This document shows positions 1 through 11,212 of a stretch of 64,000 nucleotides of DNA, in pieces; position 1 is the first letter of the stretch, and each line of letters opens with the position of its first letter. Both the position numbers and the translations under genes were made by a program. Below the pieces are notes generated by a model. The model searched no databases. It was not told the DNA's origin and worked only from the letters and a program-made list of their open reading frames with translations. The DNA comes from Leidyana gryllorum EB-2025a. Taxonomy: Eukaryota; Protista; Apicomplexa. The stretch is from assembly GCA_048772705.1 (NCBI GenBank), contig JBLWGC010000159.1:1-64000 (forward strand), read 5' to 3'.

Positions 1-297
1 GCAGGACTGACATCATTTATGACCTGCTGGAAGGTTTGATAAATGAATGACTGAATATGTAAAAGATGATGTACGCTTGCTTGATCGATGCGCCTACGCC
101 TTAAAAAGGTCTACAACGGTATCGCAGTCTCGAGACGGTGACTCCGAAAGCTCGCCGGCAAAGTGCGCCGGCACGCCAGTAACAGCCCTCGGCTCGCGAG
201 CTAACCACCAATTCAGTATTCCACGCGCGGAAAACCATCGTGTTGGCTGTCTCCAGTAACTCCTTCCCCAACTTCAAGTCGCAATTTGTGTTCAGAA

Positions 298-2670
298 ATG
301 TCGACGGGTGTACCGCAAGAACTCACCACTCCTGAGAGAGATGCAGAGAAGATTATGAAAGCCCTTGCTGTGTATTTGGCCCGCTCAAGAAATCCCGTTT
401 TGGCCACAGAACAGGGAGTGAGTGAGAAACCACTCGCCGCTGGGGGTCCTGAGGCTCACACACGGTGCCAAACTTCTGCCGACGTTGGGTCGTCGGGTTC
501 CTCCGAAGCTGACACAGATCCAACCCCAGTTCCCCTGCGGGTCAGAAGACGCCCGATCCCACAACCAAAGAAGAAATCGTTTGCTGTCAGCAAACAACCC
601 CCCACGAATGTCTCTGGCCCCCCAAAGGAGTCTCGTCAGAAGTGCAAGAAGGAGTCCAAGCCCTCAAAGGAGTCTGGTCAGACGTCCAAGAAAGGGTCGC
701 ATGAGAGCAAAAAGGGTTCGAAGGCTGTCAACGGGGCAGTTGACAGCTTTATTAACCCTCCGGCTACATCGAGGCCGCCTCGGGTGCCTGCGGGAGTGGA
801 TGTTTACGTTCGTCGGTCGTCCAGAGTGTTGATATCGAGTCAAAATGCCGTGAATGGTTGCAACCGCCCCTGTGACGAATCCGAAACGACATCTGAGCCA
901 CCAGCGATTCCTCCTTGGGGGGAAGACCCGGAGGACAATGCTTCGGACACATCGGAGGAGTACCCGATGGCGGAGATTACAGTGAGGGAGCGGCCGGCGG
1001 AGGTTGATGAAGATGCGGAACCCACTGAGGGACCCATCAGTGTCCGTTGGTGGCGTGACGCTGTGGGTATGACGTTTTTGGAGAACAAGTTGCACGATGC
1101 TATCTCTCCTGATATGAATGGGGACTATATGCCGCCATTGGATCCCGCATTTGACAATTTCGTGGACGCTGATCTGATGTGGGACAATTCGAGACTGGTG
1201 GCTCGCAGGGACCGTCCATGGTGCCGGAAGACAATTCCGGGTTGGCACCATGCGCGGCGACTTTTGCTGGAACGAGTCTACGATCTGAGGGAGAAAAACT
1301 ACGATCTTCGTCGGGTGGTGTTCACCATACCCTCGGTGGCGTCTGCAGAGTATCGGTTTGCGATGGAGAAGCTGACGCGATCAGTTGGGATTCCCAATTT
1401 CTATTATATCCCGCGAATCTACGCTGCTGCCATCTCTTGCCACTATGATGACCCCTGCACCGAACGGAAGTTCATGGTGTTCGACATCGAAGATGGAGCG
1501 TGCTCAGCCGCTCTGTTCGAGATCAAACCTGGCAGCCCACTGAAACTCATTGCCTCTACCAGTGTGGTGCAGGACCCCGCTTCCACACCAATTAATGACT
1601 ATCTCTTCCAAACTATGCACGACTGGTACAAAGAGAGACACGGTGAGCCATTGATCAGTCCCTGTCTCTATTCAAAGAAGCAGATCGACGAGAAGGTTCG
1701 CCGTTTCCGACGAGCAATCATAAAGCACGGGTCCATCAAATTCAACTTGCCGAGGATGGGAAGAAATCTTGGGTTTACTCGGAGCGATATTCAAGAGCAA
1801 TTGGATAAATGGTTCGTGGCTGCCTCAAAATATATGTATGACCTCTTGGACAAAGCCAAGTTAAGTGTCACTGACCTCAGTGCTGGCATCTTCATGGGCA
1901 ATGAGGGCGAACAATTCGCTCATTTCCTCAACGACTTCACCGGATCGCAGCTCTGCTTCAGGGCAGGGGATCAAATACATGCCGACGGTCGCGCGCTGGC
2001 ACATGCTGCCCTCTTAGCGTCTGCCAGCATCGGGAACGGGACGGGGGAATACCTCCATTTGGTCAACCCTCTCACCACTTCAATCGACCTGAAACTGCTC
2101 AATCGCGAAAGAGTCAATGTTCTTGCCTCTGGCGATCAGCTATGCCTTCCCCGCCAAGTCGCTGTCCACAGACCTTTGCGGATGCGAGCCATAGACATCA
2201 TTGATAATCACAATGATAGGGTTTCTTCACAGGTCGTAGGGTGTTTGTGGCTTCCCGACGATGCCGACCCAATGAGCGTCCGGCTCGACTTGACCACTGC
2301 CAACCAACTGGTCATCCGGGTAGTCAGAGCGGGTTCAGACTTCTTCCACACCTCAGCTTTCATCGACGGATTCTACACCAAACCTCAGGCTCTCCGCCCT
2401 CCGACCCTCGATGAGATCAAAGAGGTGTTGGCAAAGGGTCCCGATAATCTTTCGCGCACGGACCTGAATTATGGATTGCGCATCCGCACAGAGGCCTTCA
2501 AGCCACCAAAACCCGTCAACCAGGAGGAGGTGCCGATTCAAACAAAAGCTGTCAGCAAAAGGAGCAGAATAGGACGCAAAGTGATGCGTGGATTCACCAA
2601 GTCTGCCCACTTCTTCGGAGCTCTTGGCTGCACAAAGAGTCAAGGATCATCACAAAAGACCCTTAATTGA
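298..2670 (+). CDS. Highly divergent Hsp70-like protein with a long disordered N-terminus
   Basis: Segments are colinear with Hsp70 motifs: RVVFTIPSVASAEYR (AVITVPAYFNDSQR), AAAISCH (AAAIAYG), FMVFDIEDGA (VLIFDLGGGT), LLDKAKLSVTDL (ALRDAKLDKSQI), ALAHAALLA (AVAYGAAVQA), MSVRLDLTTANQLVI (IEVTFDIDANGILNV). First ATG at 298. Confidence 0.7.
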   Translation: MSTGVPQELTTPERDAEKIMKALAVYLARSRNPVLATEQGVSEKPLAAGGPEAHTRCQTSADVGSSGSSEADTDPTPVPLRVRRRPIPQPKKKSFAVSKQPPTNVSGPPKESRQKCKKESKPSKESGQTSKKGSHESKKGSKAVNGAVDSFINPPATSRPPRVPAGVDVYVRRSSRVLISSQNAVNGCNRPCDESETTSEPPAIPPWGEDPEDNASDTSEEYPMAEITVRERPAEVDEDAEPTEGPISVRWWRDAVGMTFLENKLHDAISPDMNGDYMPPLDPAFDNFVDADLMWDNSRLVARRDRPWCRKTIPGWHHARRLLLERVYDLREKNYDLRRVVFTIPSVASAEYRFAMEKLTRSVGIPNFYYIPRIYAAAISCHYDDPCTERKFMVFDIEDGACSAALFEIKPGSPLKLIASTSVVQDPASTPINDYLFQTMHDWYKERHGEPLISPCLYSKKQIDEKVRRFRRAIIKHGSIKFNLPRMGRNLGFTRSDIQEQLDKWFVAASKYMYDLLDKAKLSVTDLSAGIFMGNEGEQFAHFLNDFTGSQLCFRAGDQIHADGRALAHAALLASASIGNGTGEYLHLVNPLTTSIDLKLLNRERVNVLASGDQLCLPRQVAVHRPLRMRAIDIIDNHNDRVSSQVVGCLWLPDDADPMSVRLDLTTANQLVIRVVRAGSDFFHTSAFIDGFYTKPQALRPPTLDEIKEVLAKGPDNLSRTDLNYGLRIRTEAFKPPKPVNQEEVPIQTKAVSKRSRIGRKVMRGFTKSAHFFGALGCTKSQGSSQKTLN

Positions 2671-3088
2671 TTCACGCCAATACTGGCGTTGCTAACAACT
2701 AAGTTATCGAATTGTACATTAGCTCGATAGTCATCAAAGTAGTGCGTGTAATAGTGTGTTCGTCCCAATGTAAAACGAGCGTATCATTGACAATCATCGC
2801 TCAACAAGGGCGAGGCATATTATCCAATGTCAGTTGACTCAAATCACTTAGCAGTTCAAACATTCGAATCCATTCAAAAGCAATCAAATGCAATCACATA
2901 GTACACAGGCGACCATAGACGACGATAGACTACTTCTTCTTCGAGCCTTTATCGTCGGCTTTACGCCCGGGGAAATCGTCCTCGTCCCACCAAGGACAGC
3001 TGGCGGTATTGCAGGTGGGAATGTGATGTACAGTCATAGTCACTGAGCTTTGAAACCGGGCGGATGATCAATTTTTTGCGCTATCAAA

Positions 3089-4259
3089 ATGTCAGAGTAC
3101 TGGAAGAGCGCACCCAAGCACTTTTGCAAATTGTGTAATGTGTGGATCTCAGGTCATCCCAGGGTGAGTTATCGTCAAACAGTGCAAGTTGGAAACGAAT
3201 CCTGAACAGAATGTGGCGGCTCATGAGCAAAGCGCTGGACACGCTGCCAAGAAGGACAGAGTCTTGAAGCAGATGGAGCATAATCAGCGACAACAAAAAC
3301 AAGAACAGGAGCAGAAAGCAGCTGAACTGGCGGCTATTGAGGCAGCGGCCCATGCGTCAATGCGTAAAGATCTGCTCAACGATCCAACAGCGTCGTTGGA
3401 GTACTCCATGAACCGATTTAACCGCTATGGAGCTGGCCGGTATTCCATCCCTCCGCAAAGGTCAATTGTGGAGGAGGTCAATAGGCCTGTTGAAGAGGAA
3501 AAGATTGCAAAGTATATAGCTGAGAGAACCGGAAGAAAGGTCGAGATTCAAACTACAGTGGCAGCCGAAGATGACTTCCGCAAAACCATGCTGTACTATG
3601 AAGACGAAACCAAAGTACCATCCGCTCTCAAAGATGATCCCACATTCGACGACAAACAAAAGTGGGAGGAGATTCAGGATAAAACCACCGAGTTGCCCCT
3701 TTGGATCCACAAAGGCTTCAACATCGCCTTGTGGGACAAACCAACATTCTTAGGCGGCCGATCCCTCCAACCCCCCCCGAACAGCGGGGACCAAGCGTCC
3801 TCGGATGATGACGAAGACCCAGACGAGGAAGAAGAACAGAGAGCGCCTAAGCGCCCCCTGACGGTGGAGGAAGAGGTGGCCCAAATGGCTAAGAAAGTAC
3901 CCAAAGTCAGCTATGAGGCTCCGGTTCTGGGTGCCTGGCAAGCAGTGCCTGAGGAGGAGTCGGTGTTCTTTAGAGGTACCAAACAAGAGTCATCGGATGG
4001 AGAAAGCTCCTCTGATGACGACGACAACGACAAACCAAAGGGAGTGCTGGAGGGCTATGAATCTGATGAAGATTTACGAGATCATCCAGTTATGCAGATG
4101 TTGACGGCGAAGCCCCATACAACTGCCAAAAAAACCGAGGGGGGGACCATTAAAGGAAATAATGGTCAGGATCCGGGACCGTTGTCAAATACGCAGACAT
4201 CCTTCAATCGGTCAGGGCCAGTTAAACTAATCTTCAAGGCGCCCCCCCAGGGCCGATAA
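3089..4259 (+). CDS. U1/matrin-type zinc-finger splicing factor, WBP4/FBP21-like; intron 3164-3209
   Basis: Exon 1 (MSEYWKSAPKHFCKLCNVWISGHPR) spliced over GTGAGT...CAG to NVAAHEQSAGH gives C-x2-C...H-x5-H, matching the WBP4 N-terminus MADYWKSQPKKFCDYC. Confidence 0.8.
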
Positions 4260-4322
4260 AAATGATACTGTACAAGAGTCGTCAGCCATCAACATGATCC
4301 CACGTTATATATATACATCAAG

Positions 4323-6111
4323 TCAGTGACGGCCGTGTGCGCCTCCGGAGTCGGATGACAACTTTGACGAGTGTAGCAGATGGTGTACCTTTAAGTGCGA
4401 AGACTCAGCATTGCACCCATCGGGTTGTAACATAGTGATCCCCTGAACCATCTCGGGACATTGGGGGAATGCCGGGTGATCAAACGCTTGTAATTCCGTT
4501 TTAGCCTCAACTGGATGCCCTACATATGGAGGAAAGGCGTCGTCGCTTGTCACACGCAGTTAGAGGCAATTGAGGAGGTACACGACTTTGGTGTGGCTAA
4601 CTCACTTCGACTTTCGAACACTGGATTAGTGCCGTCGGAGGATTGGTCGCTCTCCAATCCCACTGACGTAATCAATCCAGTGACGTCCTCTTCCATCTTT
4701 GGCAAAGACTGTGGGCATGGATGTAGAGTGCCCTGTCCAGTGATTCTTGCCACATGCTCGGTGACTTCCCCTCGCAAATCTATCTCCATTAAGTGCTTCA
4801 ATTCTTCGCCTGCAGAGCCGATTTGAATGACCGCCGATAATCAAACGTTCGCTCACCGTCATAGCCTTTACCAAACAGATACGCCAGCTTACAAAAAGCG
4901 GCTTCCACGGTCATATCCTTTCCTTCAATTACGCCCATTTCATGTAGAACTTGCCCATTAGCGTAAGTGCGCAAACTACAGGTTCCCCGGGCACACTGTG
5001 TGACAGCCACTATTGTCACTCCACTCTTCAAGGCGAATCTGCAAAGTCGAAATTGACCATTACTCCTGTACTCCATTATAGAAGGACTCACCTAATAGCC
5101 TCCATAAATGATGCATGGCCAGTTGGTGCCGTGCCGGTGCCGAATAATTCGAGGACAATACCTAAAGGCCTCTCGCTCTGCATGGCCATGTGCCTAATAC
5201 ACGTCGGATTGAAGGCTGGGGTCATCGTGAGACACATCACTGAAGAGGCCTTGATGTCAGTGAAAACTCGTAATTCATCCGTCGCGGCTGGACGGGGGAG
5301 TAACATCTGTTGATTGATTGTGACATCGATACCGACGTTTCCTGCGAGGAAGAAAAGAGACAATGTGAGACGAGCGTCGGGTGACAACAATCTGACTCAC
5401 CAATCGGATGGCAATTGGGGCTGTCGAACGCATCTATTGTCGTGCACTGGAACTTTGATGTTCTGCAACCTCGTAGTATTCGGCTACCGAACACCACAAG
5501 TACCTCAGGCACGTTTGAAAAACCAGCTACCAGGGCGCTAACGGTCACATTCTTCCGCGCGTCGGTATGGATATGTGACATGGGTAACATTGCCCCAGTC
5601 AGAACTACAGGCTTGGCCAAGTCCTCTAACATGAACGACAAAGCACTGGCAGTGTATGCCAACGAATCGGTGCCGTGCAGAATCACGAAACCATCGTATT
5701 GATCGTAGTGCTGCGAGGAAAGAGTGAAATGTTTGACGCCTTTGAGCGCACTGTCACCGTCGGTAGACGGCAAATTGCAACACGCAGGTTGTCGTTCCCA
5801 CCTTTTCGATATGGCGCGCCATTCGGGCCCAATCATTTGGAGTCACATCACTAGAGTCGATTAATTTCTCCCACTCGTGTATATCGTAGTGAGGCAGCGC
5901 TTTGTCCTGCATTTCAGGCTGGCTGCGAAGGTACTCCTCCAGAGGGGCACAGGAGAGACCGCTAAATTCGATGCCTGAGCCAATATGTGGTTTCAGCGAT
6001 ATATTCCGAGTCTGAAGTCATACCTTCGACATCGCTGGGGCGCATACATATAGTGCCCCCGGTAATGATAATGAGAACATTGCGAACGTTGTTAGAGCTA
6101 GGCATATTCAT
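4323..6111 (-). CDS. Type I (cytosolic) L-asparaginase, multi-exon; 3' exon tentative
   Basis: IITGGTICM, GFVILHGTDSLAY, KPVVLTGA, RILRGCRTSK, AFDSPN, GIVLELFGTG, DMTVEAAFCKLAYL and LRGEV occur in order in short ORFs separated by small GT-AG introns. Confidence 0.9.
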
Positions 6112-6153
6112 GATCAAGAAAATGACTGTCCGGCTCTCGCTCAATTTTTTTGG

Positions 6154-8162
6154 CTACTGGGGGTCAAGCAATTCGCCTATGAGGTGCCACTTGCTGCAGT
6201 CGGTGAATCGGCAGACGCGATGAGTGCCGATCAGACTGTCATCACGCACCACCAGCACCTTGATGTACTGTTTCGTGTGTCCAACAACGTGATCAGACTT
6301 GTCTGACACTCCACTGAACCACACCTGATAAATAAAACGTCACCCCACACTGTCTCATTCCAACTCACCATGCCCGTTGTCCCGATCAAATGGTCAAAGG
6401 TCGTGTAACTGAAGAACGCTTTGGTCATTTCCTGACTTCGAGACTTGACAATGTGTGTTGGTACGCGTTTCATCTTGGCTGCCGGGGTTCCTGGCCTGGG
6501 GTAGAATTGTGATATGTTCAGACTGGGGAATTTGTAGTGCAACAAGAGCTCAATACTCTCGGCGTGGTCCTCTTCGCTCTCATTCGGGAACCCACAGATG
6601 AAATCGGTCGCCAAAAGCATGTCGGGCACCTCTTTCAGCAACCCTGAGGCACACTTGTGGAAGTCTTCCACCGTGTACTCGCGATTCTGCGTTGACAAAG
6701 AGACATATTTACACAGAAGAGAGAGAGTGGACATTGCTCAAACTCACCATTCCGTCCAGGACATTATTTGAACCACTTTGAACCGGGATGTGCAGGAATT
6801 CGAAAAAGTGGTCGCTCCGCAGAACTTTCGCCAGCCGCTCCAAATGGGCGAGCATGTAGGGAGGGTTTGTCATTCCCAGTCTGACCATAACGTGTCTGGA
6901 ATTGCCAGCCGCCTTATCGGCTGCCAAGACCTGCAGAATATTCTCCAACAGCTCGGCGATATTGGTCCCGATATCTAAGCCATAGGCACCAGTGTCCTCG
7001 CTCGTCAGCCAAATCTGCTGTACTCCCTCTGCAACCGACTGCTTCACTCTGTCCAATATCGCCTCCATCGCGTAACTACCCAAGACACCGCGAGCATAAC
7101 GCGTCTTGCAGTACGTGCAGGCACCCAAACAGCCAGTACTCAAAGCGATGACTGCAATCCAGATGTTAGCATGCGGAGACGCTTCAGACTTACTCTCAAC
7201 GAGTTCATTTCTGCGAACTTTCGGCAAGTTCAGCTTCGGCAAGTCGCGCCGCACCGACATGGATTTGTAAACGTTCCCCATCGCAGTCTCCAAGACAGCT
7301 TCGACAACCTCTGCAGAGAAGGCACGCACCATTTGTGACCCGCCAAGAGCACTTACTGTCGATCTGCTTCACACCCAACGAGGAGATGTTTTGGAGCTGA
7401 GGAATTGTATCATCGGCTTGAACAACACAGCCGGAGACCACCACGCCTTTCCCCGCCGCTTTGATCTTGACGGCCAGATTTACAGCGCCGTCTTGAGAGG
7501 GATTCTTGACAGTGCAAGAGTTCAATACAGAGACATCAGCGTCCTCCCACTTGTCCACCAAGATGAAACCAGCCTGCTTGAGCAGACCCACTAAAAAGAC
7601 GTTAATGAGTGCTCGCGAGCGGCATAAACTTACTCATCACTTCAGAGTCTGACATATTGTGAGAGCATCCGAATGTCTTCACCCAGACCGAAGTCTCCTC
7701 TGGGATACATCCTATCCCGCCCACATCGTCCATTGCCAAGATAGGAGCCACTCGGCATTCCAGAGGAGCTGTGTAGTCTATATGCGGCTTCATGTCCTCC
7801 AGTTCATTGCTCGCACATGCCACAATGTTCTCGTCTTGGACCTCTTGGTCGTCCTCGGTGGAGTCTTTCCAAGAGGCGCGGTCATGACAGCATCCTCCCG
7901 AGTCGTTTCCACAGGCGCATCCTTCTTTTTCTTGCTCCTTCTTTGCGCCCCCACAGCACTCGCCACCTTCGCCACAAAGACAGTCTTCAGATGCTTCGTG
8001 TGCGCGCGTGCTTTCGTCAGAAGAAACGTCAATATCTCCTTTTTGCGTCAAGCCGTGCTGCTTTGAGCCGTCATAATAGCGCGTATACAGCCAATAGGTG
8101 GCAGCCGCGACCGTGACGAGGACAGTAGCAGCCACAATGCGCGGGCGGCTCGACATGGACAT
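6154..8162 (-). CDS. CDKAL1: tRNA t6A methylthiotransferase (CDKAL1/eMtaB), multi-exon
   Basis: [23 protein letters not shown], radical-SAM [49 protein letters not shown] and a C-terminal TRAM-like [11 protein letters not shown]. Confidence 0.92.
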
Positions 8163-8285
8163 TTGAGCACACACAATTCAAGTGGAGACGTGTCCCAATG
8201 GTGGGTGGGTGCTGGCCAACTTTTTTCAGCAAGCAGCAACTCATTCTCAGCGTTTATTCGGATTTCCTCCACTCAACTACCCAAG

Positions 8286-10498
8286 ATGAGCGCGAAGCCC
8301 GAAACCTTTGCCTTCAATGCTGATATTCAGCAGTTGATGAGTTTGATCATCAACACCTTCTACTCGAACAAAGAGATCTTCTTGCGCGAGTTGATCAGTA
8401 ACTCTTCTGATGCGTTGGATAAGATCCGTTACCGCGCTCTGACTGATCCTGATTGTGTGAAGGATGAGCCCAACTACGTGATCAATCTTGTACCGAACAA
8501 GTCCGACAATACTTTGACTATTGCAGATACCGGCATTGGTATGACCAAGGATGAATTGATTACTAACTTGGGTACCATTGCTCGATCTGGAACTAAAGCA
8601 TTTATGGAGGCTCTTGAAGCCAGTGGTGATGTGAGCATGATTGGGCAATTCGGTGTGGGTTTCTACTCTGCATACTTGGTGGCTGACAAGGTCACAGTGA
8701 TTGCCAAGCACCCGGATGACGAGCAATACATTTGGGAGTCGGCTGCTGGTGGAAGTTTCACTGTGAGCCCGTGGACTGAAGAGTCCGGTTACCCGAAGTT
8801 GACCCGCGGTACCAACATTGTTCTGCACCTGAAAGAAGACCAACTTGAGTACTTGGAGGAAAAGAAGATCCGGGACCTCGTCAAGAAGCACTCTGAATTC
8901 ATCAACTTTGAGATCAAGTTGGCGTGCAACAAGACTCGTACAAAGGATGTGGACCTCGAGGGCGAGGAACTGGAGGCTGCTCAGAAGAAGTTTGACGAGG
9001 ATCACGCCAAGTGGGAGGAAGAGAAGAAGAAGAAGGAAGAGGAAGGCAAGTCTGCCGATATTGGTGACGAGCCCAAACTGGAGAAGACCAAGAAGGTCAC
9101 TGAGGACTACATGGAGTATGAGACTCTGAACAAGAACAAGCCCATCTGGATGAGGAAGCCCGAGGAGGTTACTGAGGAGGAGTACGGCAACTTCTACAAG
9201 AGTATCAGTAACGACTGGGAATCTCATCTGGCTGTGAAGCACTTTAGCGTTGAGGGACAGCTTGAGTTCAAGGCTGTGCTCTTTGTGCCTAAGCGCGCTC
9301 CGTTCGACCTGTTCGAGACCCGCAAGAAGCGCAACAACATCAAGTTGTACGTGCGTCGTGTGTTCATCACCGACGACTGCGAGGACCTCATTCCCGAATG
9401 GCTCGGTTTCATTAAGGGCGTTGTTGACTCCGAGGACCTTCCGTTGAACATCTCTCGTGAGACTCTGCAGCAGAACAAGATTCTGAAGGTCATCAAGAAG
9501 AACCTCGTGAAGAAATGTATCGAGATGTTCAACGAGATCGCCGAGAAGAAGGAGGACTACGTCAAGTTCTATGAGCAATTCTCCAAGAATCTGAAACTCG
9601 GCATTCACGAGGACTCCACCAACAGAAATAAGGTAAGATCCAATGGTCGGTCTCTGAACATTTTTCTCTCTGTCTGCAGATTGCCGACCTCTTGCGCTAC
9701 CAGACCAGCAAGTCTGGTGATGAATTGATCTCCCTCAAAGAGTACTGCGACAACATGAAGGAGGGACAGAAGGTGATCTATTACATCACCGGCGAGTCCG
9801 TGGCCGCTGTGTCGCACTCACCCTTCATCGAAGCTTTGAAGAAGAAGAACCTGGAGGTCGTCTACATGGTTGACCCCATTGACGAGTACTCTGTACAGCA
9901 GTTGAGAGAGTACGACGGCAAGAAACTTCAGTGCTGTACTAAGGAGGGACTCGAATTGGATGAGACTGAGGACGAGAAGAAGAAATTCGAGGAGATCAAG
10001 ACTTCGTATGAGCCGTTGTGCAAACTCATGAAGGAAGTTCTGCACGACAAGGTGGAGAAGGTCCAGGTGGGACAACGCGTCAGCGACTCTCCCTGCGTCT
10101 TGGTTACCTCTGAGTTTGGATGGTCCGCTAACATGGAGCGTATCATGAAGGCCCAGGCCCTCCGTGATAACAGCATGACGTCTTACATGGTTTCCAAGAA
10201 GACTATGGAGATCAACCCTAACCACCCCATCATGAACGAACTCAAGAAGAAGGCTGAGACTGACAAGTCCGATAAGACCGTCAAGGATCTCATCTGGCTG
10301 TTGTTCGACACAGCTCTGCTGACCTCTGGCTTCTCGCTGGACGAGCCGACCCAATTCTCGAGCCGTATCCACCGAATGATCAAACTCGGTCTGAGCATCG
10401 ATGACAACGAGGCTCCGATTGAGGAAGACGATCTGCCTCCTCTCGAAGACAACGGAGAAGCGGCTGCTGAAACCTCCAGGATGGAGGAAGTTGATTAA
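8286..10498 (+). CDS. HSP90: Cytosolic HSP90; one 47-nt intron 9633-9679
   Basis: [59 protein letters not shown] and C-terminal MEEVD; the GTAAGA...CAG intron joins the two ORFs in frame. Confidence 0.98.
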
Positions 10499-10526
10499 AT
10501 AAGTGTGTCATCATCAGTTTTGGTAT

Positions 10527-10814
10527 TTATTGACGCAGGAAAAACGAATCCCGAATGCGAGGGTCTAAGCCTTCGGAGCGATAGATAGAGTCAACATCCA
10601 GAGGATTGGGATCAATTGTACCATCTCGATAACGCCATCCGTGGATTGACCGCTGAGGAAAGAACCGGTAGGGGGTCCGTGAAGCAAAGTAATAGGCTTG
10701 CGAAGCCTCAAGGCACATGTGAATATACATCCCAATCATCACGCAGAGACATGGTATGTGGATCCAGCTGAACGATCCTAAAATAACACTCCCTTGCTGC
10801 TGCTTTCTACTCAT
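10527..10814 (-). CDS. Small single-pass membrane protein, unknown function
   Basis: ORF with one hydrophobic stretch (WIHIPCLCVMIGMYIHMCL) and a polar tail; fills the space 3' of HSP90. Confidence 0.45.
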   Translation of the reverse strand: MSRKQQQGSVILGSFSWIHIPCLCVMIGMYIHMCLEASQAYYFASRTPYRFFPQRSIHGWRYRDGTIDPNPLDVDSIYRSEGLDPRIRDSFFLRQ

Positions 10815-10897
10815 TTTGCTGCGACCGGTAGTCACAAATCAGGGACATTGTGTTTCATTGGAGTTGGTCACGAAAATCCCCCTCTTTCGTTTCGCAA

Positions 10898-11197
10898 TCA
10901 GCGGGACTTGCGCAACAACCTGGCTGAAGCCGAAGCCGAAGAGCCAGAATCAGTCGTGGTGGGGGCCACACTAGTGGCCGTCGTGGTCGCGTCGTCAGCC
11001 TTCGGCAGTGTGTCGTCCCCTTCTTTGTGCTTGTGATCTTGCAAGGAGGGAAACCCGCCATGATGTGGCTCGTCCCCCCTCCCTGATCCCGGCAGCAACC
11101 CGCTCACTATATCGAGAGCTTTATCAGCTAATCCCAACCAACTTGTCTGCGCTTGCGCCAAACCAACACATGCCAGTCCGAAAGTCAAGAACTTCAT
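10898..11197 (-). CDS. Small secreted Ser/Thr-rich protein
   Basis: Signal peptide MKFLTFGLACVGLAQA; Thr/Ser-rich C-terminal half. Confidence 0.6.
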   Translation of the reverse strand: MKFLTFGLACVGLAQAQTSWLGLADKALDIVSGLLPGSGRGDEPHHGGFPSLQDHKHKEGDDTLPKADDATTTATSVAPTTTDSGSSASASARLLRKSR

Positions 11198-11212
11198 AGG
11201 TCTTCTGATTTC

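Noticed and set aside
8277-10372. Long antisense ORFs (443 and 184 aa) opposite HSP90
   Set aside because: Expected shadow of strong codon bias in a highly expressed gene; no protein motifs.
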